From an uncultured delta proteobacterium (lineage in GTDB: Bacteria > Desulfobacterota > Binatia > UBA9968), in contig CAWJBB010000073.1 of assembly GCA_963840855.1 (NCBI GenBank), positions 1 to 60,817 on the forward strand: DNA of 60,817 bases. Reading direction: 5' to 3'. Numbering within the stretch: the first letter of the stretch is position 1; every line of letters begins with the position of its first letter. Below the pieces are notes generated by a model that saw nothing but the letters and a program-made list of their open reading frames with translations, ran no database searches and had not been told where the DNA came from. Positions 53,829-60,817 of this stretch are shown one piece after another. Made by a program: the position numbers and the translations under genes.

Positions 53829-54521
53829 ATGGTGGATGTCGCTTCGAATTATCGAACGATTCTGCAGCGCATCGACGAGGCGGCGGCGAGGGCCGGACGC
53901 GATCCAGATGAAGTAAAGCTTTTAGGAGCGGCGAAGTCCCAGAGCGTCGAGCTGATACGGGCGGCGATCATCGCGGGCGTGAAATTCATCGGCGAGAACT
54001 ACGTCCAGGAGGCCCAGGCCAAGAAAGAAGAAATATCCGAACGGGCCGAATGGCATATGATCGGCCACCTGCAACGCAACAAGGCCAAAGCGGCTGTGGA
54101 AGCCTTCGATGTGATTCAATCCCTGGACAACCTCGCGCTGGCGCGCGAGCTGGCCAAGGAAGGAGCCAAGCACAACAAGCGGGTTCGCGCTCTCGTCGAG
54201 GTTAACCTGGGAGGCGAGGAGTCGAAATCAGGCATCGCCGAGGACAAGGCGGAGGATCTCTTGCGCGCGGCGGGCGAGCTTTCCAGCCTCAGCATCGAGG
54301 GGTTGATGGCCGTGCCGCCGTTTCGCCAAAACCCGGAAGATGTTCGACCGTATTTTCGCAGATTGTGGGAGCTTCGAGCGCGCTTGCGCGAAGGGCGCAT
54401 TCCAAATGTCGATTTGAAAGAACTCTCGATCGGCATGACTCATGATTATACCGTGGCGGTGGAGGAGGGCGCGACCATCGTGCGCATCGGCACGGCGCTC
54501 TTCGGACCGCGAAAAACTTAA
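53829..54521 (+). CDS. yggS: PLP homeostasis protein YggS
   Basis: GENYVQE, WHMIGHLQRNK, GLM, LS.GM..D, GAT.VRIGTALFG. Confidence 0.95.
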   Translation: MVDVASNYRTILQRIDEAAARAGRDPDEVKLLGAAKSQSVELIRAAIIAGVKFIGENYVQEAQAKKEEISERAEWHMIGHLQRNKAKAAVEAFDVIQSLDNLALARELAKEGAKHNKRVRALVEVNLGGEESKSGIAEDKAEDLLRAAGELSSLSIEGLMAVPPFRQNPEDVRPYFRRLWELRARLREGRIPNVDLKELSIGMTHDYTVAVEEGATIVRIGTALFGPRKT

Positions 54522-54553
54522 CAACAGGCGATGAGCTACAGCGGGGGACTGCC

Positions 54554-55525
54554 ATGAAAAATCTTTACGCCGCCGATATTCACGACAACCAGTTGGTGGA
54601 TTCGCTTTTTCTCGTTTCAGCGAAGAACCATGGAGTGACCAAGGCAGGCAATAGTTATCTCGTTGTCAAATTGCTTGACCGCAGCGGCGAGATCGAAGGC
54701 CGGGTATGGGACCGGGCGGACGACTTGGCCCGCGGGTTCGACAAGAACGACTTCGTGCGCGTGCGCGGGCAGGCGACGTTGTATCAGGGCAAAATGCAGA
54801 TCCGCGTGCAAGACGTTATGCGCGTGGACGAATCGAAAGTCTCCGCCGAGGATTTTTTGCCCAAAAGCGCCTTTGATCCCGACGCTATGCTCCAGGAGCT
54901 TCAATCGATTCTCCGCGCCATGAAGAATCCCCATCTGCTAGCCCTCGCCGAAGCCTTTTTCGCCGACCAGCAACTGATGGAACTGCTGAGACGCGCGCCT
55001 GGCGCAAAGACGATTCATCATCCTTATTTAAGCGGGCTGCTGGAGCATACGCTGTCGTTACTCAATCTGATTCTCAAAGTGGTGGAGAACTACCGTGGCG
55101 TCGACGTCGATCTGCTCTTGATGGGCGGATTCCTGCACGACATTGGAAAAATCTACGAATTCACCTACGAGCGCGCGGTGGATTATACCGACGAAGGCCA
55201 GCTGCTCGGCCATCTGGTGATGGAAGTAGAACTCGTGAATGCGAAGATTGAAACGATTGCCGATTTTCCCAAAGAGCTGGCGATGCTCGTCAAGCACATG
55301 CTCGTGAGCCACCATGGCGCCTATGAATTCGGCTCGCCGAAGTTGCCGCAAACCGTGGAGGCCGTTATTCTGCATTCACTTGACGATCTCGATGGCAAAA
55401 TTCAGGCGATCCAAGCCCTGCCGGAAAAAGAGCCGGGTTCGAAGTGGACGGTTTTTCACCGGGCCTACGGCAGGAGCTTTTTTCGCGGCAATGGCAGCCA
55501 TAACGACGACGGCAATGCCCAGTAG
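54554..55525 (+). CDS. OB-fold/HD-domain 3'-5' exoribonuclease YhaM-like
   Basis: DRSGEI.GR.WD, HH...GLLEH, LHDIGK, SHHG. Confidence 0.88.
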   Translation: MKNLYAADIHDNQLVDSLFLVSAKNHGVTKAGNSYLVVKLLDRSGEIEGRVWDRADDLARGFDKNDFVRVRGQATLYQGKMQIRVQDVMRVDESKVSAEDFLPKSAFDPDAMLQELQSILRAMKNPHLLALAEAFFADQQLMELLRRAPGAKTIHHPYLSGLLEHTLSLLNLILKVVENYRGVDVDLLLMGGFLHDIGKIYEFTYERAVDYTDEGQLLGHLVMEVELVNAKIETIADFPKELAMLVKHMLVSHHGAYEFGSPKLPQTVEAVILHSLDDLDGKIQAIQALPEKEPGSKWTVFHRAYGRSFFRGNGSHNDDGNAQ

Positions 55526-55560
55526 TTGCGCGTTGGTCAGAAATACGGAGGATTGATCGA

Positions 55561-56979
55561 ATGAAGAACTTTATTGCCGCGCAATGGGTGGATAAACCGA
55601 AAAAGATTGAAGTCCGCAATCCCTTCGACAACTCGGTGATCGATACCGTGCCACGGGCCGACGCGGCTGATTTGACAAAGGCACTGGCTTTTGCCGAACG
55701 CGGCGCCAAGGTGATGGCCAAGCTGACCGCCTATGAGCGCTGGAAGATTCTGCGCAAAGCGGCGGATTTGATGGCCGCGCGCAACGACGAGTTCGGGCAG
55801 ATGATTTCCAAGGAAGAAGGAAAAATTATCGCTGAGGGCCGCGGCGAAGCGAGCCGCGCGGTGGAAACCATGATGGGCTCGGCGGAAGAAGCCAAACGGC
55901 TCCACGGCGAGACGGTGCCGCTGGACGCGGACCCCACGGGGAGCAGGAAACTTGGCTTCACCCTGCGCGTGCCGTGCGGCGTCGTCGCGGCAATAGCGCC
56001 GTTTAATTTTCCGCTCAATCTAGTTTGCCACAAAGTTGGGCCGGCGCTGGCGGCGGGGAACACGGTCATCGTCAAGCCGGCTTCTGACACGCCGCTATCG
56101 GCAATTAAGTTGACGGAAGTTTTGTTGGAAGCGGGACTCCCCCCCGAAGGAATTCAGTGCATCACTGGTCCTGGCGGTGAGATCGGCGATGCTCTGGTCG
56201 CCGATCGGCGCGTGCGTAAGGTTACCTTTACCGGCAGCCGCGAAGTTGGCGACCGCATTTGTCGCACGGCGGGGATCAAGAAAGTCACTATGGAACTTGG
56301 TTCCAATAGCCCGGTGATCGTCATGCCCGACGCTGATTTGGAAAAGGTCGGGGCTGTCTTGGCTATGACGGGTTACGGCAATGCTGGCCAAACATGTATT
56401 TCCACGCAGCGGGTATTGGCGGCGAAAAATATTTACAGCGATTTTCTGGGCGTGCTGAAACCCAAGGTCGAAGCGCTGACCACCGGCAATCAGCTCGACG
56501 AAAAATCCAAAGTCGGACCCATGGTGAAGGAAAGCGAAGCCGCGCGCGTCGACAAGTGGATAAGCGAAGCCGTTGAGGGTGGTGCGCGCTTGGTGGCGGG
56601 CGGAGGGCGGCGCGGGGCATTTTATATGCCGGCAGTGGTCGCGGACGTTCACCCGGACATGCGCATTTCCCGTGACGAGTTGTTTGGGCCGGCGGTGGCG
56701 GTGACGCCATTTGAAACGATTGACGAAGCGATCGCTCTGGCGAACGACAGTGTATATGGTCTGGCCGCGGGCATTTTCACCGAGAGTGTCGAATGGGCCA
56801 TGAAGTTTGCGCGGGAAGCGGAAGCGGGAAATCTTCACGTCAACTGGGGATCGCAGTGGAGGGTCGATTTGATGCCCTATGGCGGGCTCAAAGATTCCGG
56901 TTTCGGCAAGGAAGGGCCGAGGTACGCGGTGCAAGAGATGACCGAACTGAAGATGGTCGTCTTCCATCTGAACAACTAA
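55561..56979 (+). CDS. Aldehyde dehydrogenase
   Basis: PFNFP, FTGS, MELG, GQTC, ELFGP, YGGLKDSG.GKEG. Confidence 0.93.
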   Translation: MKNFIAAQWVDKPKKIEVRNPFDNSVIDTVPRADAADLTKALAFAERGAKVMAKLTAYERWKILRKAADLMAARNDEFGQMISKEEGKIIAEGRGEASRAVETMMGSAEEAKRLHGETVPLDADPTGSRKLGFTLRVPCGVVAAIAPFNFPLNLVCHKVGPALAAGNTVIVKPASDTPLSAIKLTEVLLEAGLPPEGIQCITGPGGEIGDALVADRRVRKVTFTGSREVGDRICRTAGIKKVTMELGSNSPVIVMPDADLEKVGAVLAMTGYGNAGQTCISTQRVLAAKNIYSDFLGVLKPKVEALTTGNQLDEKSKVGPMVKESEAARVDKWISEAVEGGARLVAGGGRRGAFYMPAVVADVHPDMRISRDELFGPAVAVTPFETIDEAIALANDSVYGLAAGIFTESVEWAMKFAREAEAGNLHVNWGSQWRVDLMPYGGLKDSGFGKEGPRYAVQEMTELKMVVFHLNN

Positions 56980-56993
56980 GAAGAACAACCGTG

Positions 56994-57109
56994 GTTCAAA
57001 TCGTTCAAGCCGTTCAAAACGTTCAAATCGTTGCGGAGTCGGATGAATTAAAACTAAACTTGGATGCACGACGGCTTGAACTGTTTGAACGATTTGAACG
57101 ACTGGAACG
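56994..57109. repeat. GTTCAA/TTGAAC 9-nt-period inverted tandem repeat
   Basis: gttcaaatc gttcaagcc gttcaaaac gttcaaatc ... ttgaactgt ttgaacgat ttgaacgac. Confidence 0.8.
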
Positions 57110-57118
57110 GATCGATCC

Positions 57119-57856
57119 ATGAGGCATGACGGACGGAAAGCAAATCAACTGAGGCCGCTGTTGATTACCCCAAGTTACATCAAGACCGCGGACGGGTCGG
57201 TTTTGATCGAGATGGGCGATACCAAGGTCATCTGCACGGCGAAGCTCGAAGAGCGGGTGCCGCCGTTTCTGCGCAATAGCGGCAAGGGCTGGATCACGGC
57301 CGAGTACGGCATGCTGCCCGGCTCGTCGCAAGTGCGCGTCGGGCGCGAATCCTCGCGCGGCAAGATCGGCGGGCGCACGCACGAGATTCAAAGGCTCATC
57401 GGCCGCAGCTTGCGCGCCATCGCCGATCTGAAAAGCCTGGGGGAGCGGACCGTCTGGATCGATTGCGACGTGATCCAAGCCGATGGCGGCACGCGCACGG
57501 CGTCGATCACCGGCGCCTACGTGGCCCTCGTGGAGGCCGCGCGCCGTTGGCTCCAACGGGGCGTCATCCATGTCGATCCTGTCAGAGATTCCGTCGCAGC
57601 CGTCAGCATCGGCATGGTCGACGGCAAGATTCTCTTGGACCTTTGTTATGAGGAAGACAGCCGCGCCGAAGTCGATATGAACTACGTGATGACCGGGTCG
57701 GGCAAGTTTATCGAAGTGCAGGGCACGGCGGAAAGCGCGCCCTTTACCAAGCGGCAAATGGAGCGCATGGCCGAGATCGCGCAGCAAGGAATTAAAGAGC
57801 TGCTCAAAGCGCAGAAGAAGATTATCACATCCTCCGTTGCCGGCGCGTCATCGTGA
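57119..57856 (+). CDS. rph: Ribonuclease PH
   Basis: [39 protein letters not shown]. Confidence 0.97.
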   Translation: MRHDGRKANQLRPLLITPSYIKTADGSVLIEMGDTKVICTAKLEERVPPFLRNSGKGWITAEYGMLPGSSQVRVGRESSRGKIGGRTHEIQRLIGRSLRAIADLKSLGERTVWIDCDVIQADGGTRTASITGAYVALVEAARRWLQRGVIHVDPVRDSVAAVSIGMVDGKILLDLCYEEDSRAEVDMNYVMTGSGKFIEVQGTAESAPFTKRQMERMAEIAQQGIKELLKAQKKIITSSVAGASS

Positions 57857-58473
57857 TTCGACTTCTGGTGGCCACCACCAACCCCGGCAAATTTGCCGAA
57901 GTCGAAGCCTATCTCAAGCAACTCCCTCTGGAGGTCCTGTCGCTGAAAAGCCTCGAACGTTATCCGAAGGTCGACGAGGATGGCGCGACGTTCGAAGAAA
58001 ATGCGCTCAAGAAAGCGCGGACGTTGGCGGAATTCTCCGGTCTGCTCACCCTGGCGGATGATTCAGGCCTGGAAGTCGATGCTCTGAACGGGGCGCCGGG
58101 GATTTATTCCGCGCGTTACTCCGGCGCAGAGGGGAACGACGCAAAGAACAATGAAAAGCTGCTTCACGAGTTGCGCCAGGTGGCCGAGGAAAAACGCGCC
58201 GCCCGATTTGTCTGCGCCCTAGCGTTATGCGACCCCAGGGGCGGCGACATGAAGTCGTGGACGGTGCGCCAGTCATGCGAGGGGCGCATCGCATTCGAGT
58301 TTAAGGGCGCAAACGGCTTCGGCTACGATCCGCTGTTTTTCTACCCGCCCTTCGGCAAGACTTTCGGCGAAATCGACCGTGCAACGAAAGCAACCGTCAG
58401 CCATCGCGGCAAGGCCCTCAAAAAACTAGCGGAGCTGCTGCCCACGGTGATTGATTTGGGCGCAAAACCTTGA
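57853..58473 (+). CDS. rdgB: XTP/dITP diphosphatase
   Basis: ATTNPGK, ADDSGL.VDAL.GAPG.YSARY, GFGYDP, SHRG. Confidence 0.95.
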   Translation: MIRLLVATTNPGKFAEVEAYLKQLPLEVLSLKSLERYPKVDEDGATFEENALKKARTLAEFSGLLTLADDSGLEVDALNGAPGIYSARYSGAEGNDAKNNEKLLHELRQVAEEKRAARFVCALALCDPRGGDMKSWTVRQSCEGRIAFEFKGANGFGYDPLFFYPPFGKTFGEIDRATKATVSHRGKALKKLAELLPTVIDLGAKP

Positions 58474-58513
58474 TTTCATGCCCTTCGCGTGTAGAATGAC
58501 GAAGTTCATTTGA

Positions 58514-58590
58514 CGGGGCGTAGCGCAGCCTGGTAGCGCACCTGCCTTGGGCGCAGGGGGTCGGAAGTTCAAATCTTCTCGCCCCGACCA
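58514..58590 (+). tRNA. tRNA-Pro(TGG)
   Basis: Cloverleaf, anticodon TGG, encoded CCA. Confidence 0.95.
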
Positions 58591-58670
58591 ATTATAGTGA
58601 GCAGTAAGCTGTGAGCAGTCAAAGGCAGTAGTTGGGGGGCTGTTTTCTGCTCACTGCTGACTTCTTAGTC

Positions 58671-58747
58671 GCGCCAGTAGCTCAGCTGGATAGAGCAACG
58701 GCCTTCTAAGCCGTAGGTCAGGGGTTCGAATCCCTTCTGGCGCGCCA
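58671..58747 (+). tRNA. tRNA-Arg(TCT)
   Basis: Cloverleaf, anticodon TCT, CCA. Confidence 0.95.
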
Positions 58748-58856
58748 GCACGATAGCGATAAGTGAGCAGGGAACAGTGAGCAGTAAGAAGGTGGGCTAA
58801 ACCGTGAACTCGGTGACGGCTAACTGCTTACCGCTTATTCCTCGCCTTAAGGATAC

Positions 58857-58934
58857 GGTGAGTGTAGCTCAATTGGTTAGAGCACTGGGTTGTGGTCCCA
58901 GGGGTTGAGGGTTCAAGTCCCTTCACTCACCCCA
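58857..58934 (+). tRNA. tRNA-His(GTG)
   Basis: G-1, anticodon GTG, CCA. Confidence 0.95.
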
Positions 58935-59021
58935 GTTTTTTGTCGTCGAGGATGAAGGATCGATAATCGACGATCGCGATCCTCCATCCTCTATATCTTC
59001 GATCCTCAGTTGTGCGCGCAT

Positions 59022-59097
<76 letters not shown>

Positions 59098-59402
59098 ATT
59101 TCTCCCTTAGAATCAACATCTTACCTGACAGCTTCAACTAGGTGGCGCTGCCCGTTTTCCGCGGTGTGTGCCGCGAAAAGGGCCCGATTTTGATGACGCA
59201 GTTGATGAACGTGACGGGCGCGACAGAGCGGTCTTCCTCTCGGCGGGCCACAAAATATAGGTCACGGACCGAATAGCCGGTTGCTCCTACAATCGAAGTT
59301 GCGGTTTATGTTCTCAGCAGCGGTAGCGCGTTCTTGCGCTGGCTGATCGGCATGAACAATGACCTGAAAAACGCGACGAAAGACTAGGCCGCCGCAACGC
59401 CG

Positions 59403-60651
59403 TCATTTCAGAGGTTCTTTCGGCAGAACTGCTTCACACACCAACTCGGAACGTCCGAGTCGTTTCTCTGCATTACAGGCCCTCTTAGTCGTTTCGGTTT
59501 CCTTGAGTATTGCGGGATCGGAGGGATCAATCTCTCGTGCCTTTTCTAAGGCCGCTAACGCTGCGCCGTAGTCTCCCCGCTCGCGGTGCGCGGCAGCTAT
59601 TTGTATGAAGCTACGGACGCGCAGAGAAACGCGTGGTTCTGGTTCTGCAATTAAATCTCGTTCTCGTTCTTGCGCACGTCGTTGTTGTTCCGCACGTTCT
59701 CGCGCCAAACGGTCTTCCTGGTTCAGGAAATCGTTGCGGCTTAGAAGGCGGTTGCTTCGGTTGAGGCACAGGTTTAGCTTTTGGTTGGACCGGGACCGGT
59801 GACGGGACTGGCGACGACGGCAAAAATGGAGGAGATTTGATTGACTCTTGGTCGGACGGCTCTGTCGTCGGCTGCGTTTCGGATAGGTCCTTTGATTCCT
59901 TGATAAGCTCCTGGAGAGGTTTCTCCTTGAGCACGTTCAAGCCTATGAACGATGAGATTGCAATCGTGAGGAGCACCGTAGCGGCTGTAGCGTAGCGTCG
60001 GAAAATGCTGCCGCTTCTCGCTGGCGCTCCGACGCGATCATAGTGTGGATGCCTCGGATAAGCTGCTGACTCGGACGCGAGCGCAGCGTTATAACGCTCT
60101 TGAAGCATTCTTGCTTGTGTGTGGAATGGATTAGACGCCAGGAATCTCTCCAGTTCGAAAAGCCCTTCACGAAGCTCGAAAGAAGTTTTCGCTGACAAGA
60201 GCCGCGAACCAAGGCGAGACACAATCGTATCCGAGAGGTCGGTCAAACCTACTGGCCCGCTTGCTCCGACGCGACGAGAAAGCGCCCTGATTAGTTCTTC
60301 TCCCGCAGGATTGGCTGGGTCGAGTATCCAGTCGTCAAAAGTAAGCGAGTGAATTTTCCTAAACTCCAGTGGCGGGGTCGCAGCATCAAGAATGACCGGA
60401 ATCAGGATATTCCGTTCGAGAGCTTCCGATGCCTCTGCATGTACCCAGTGAGAATCGACAGAGTTTTTTGACCAAAGGACAACGACAGCTTTTGCTTGTG
60501 CCAGCGCATCCTGGACTACCGTTGCAAAGCGGTCGCCTGCCGTGAGTTCACGGTCCCACCAGACGCTGAATCCTCTCGCTGCAAGAAACTCCCCGATTCT
60601 AGCGGCGCGTTCTATGTCCTCCCGAGCATAACTGACGAAAATATCGGCCAT
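59403..60651 (-). CDS. TIR-domain membrane protein with C-terminal coiled coil/TPR (frameshift near 59720)
   Basis: DIFVSYARED, VWWD..L.AGD, VVVLWS.NS..S.WV..EA; TM helix; Pro-rich linker; GDY.AA...LEKA..IDP.D. Confidence 0.8.
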
Positions 60652-60817
60652 GCGCCTTCCTTGGCCTGAGTGTGCGCGCTAACGACGTGGAAATAACCTA
60701 GGTTAGGCACCGGAAGCAAGGGGGAACTACCGGGCAACTTTTCTGCCTAGCGTCCTGGCATATAACCGCATAATGCTCGTCCAAAGAAGCGTCGCCTCAA
60801 TCCCACTAACATGCCAA

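Noticed and set aside
60678-60712. GCCTAAC...GTTAGCG upstream of the TIR gene as an integron attC
   Set aside because: It is only about 33 bp, too short for attC, with no matching site at the gene end and no integrase.

Overview
A GC-rich bacterial chromosomal window with many single-base indels, especially at 15-17 kb, 28-35 kb and 47-52 kb, which look like long-read consensus errors. Gene content (TctC/Bug proteins, bicupins, UbiD, Rieske oxygenase, sigma-54 nitrogen genes) suggests a deltaproteobacteria-like lineage such as Ca. Binatia, but this is inference only. Blocks in order: (1) aromatic-catabolism-type genes plus ssb and mazG; (2) a 14 kb iron region with bfr, a minus-strand operon (small Cys/His protein, exbB, exbD, tonB, a hidden hemP, TonB-dependent receptor, piuC, DUF3016, PepSY-flavodoxin), and a second operon (PhnDCE-like ABC, cytochrome c-FTR1, Mu Com-like zinc ribbon) divergent from a DtxR regulator; (3) a defence island (VapBC45-like TA, type III-like R-M, YhcG, HicBA); (4) a sigma-54 nitrogen cluster (glnK-amtB, GATase, pseudo-receiver ANTAR protein, a complete ANTAR RNA antiterminator, nirA remnant, porin); (5) ArnT, a peptide ABC transporter, two TctC genes and a GrdB/PrdB-like selenoprotein with a SECIS-like hairpin; (6) yggS, yhaM, aldehyde dehydrogenase, rph, rdgB, four tRNAs and a TIR-TM-TPR gene. 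The best candidate for an undescribed system is the Com-like metal-ribbon protein next to a promoter-leader-terminator that gates the TonB iron-uptake operon. The next candidates are the DtxR-boxed PhnDCE-like/FTR1 operon and the GATase/pseudo-receiver ANTAR pair.
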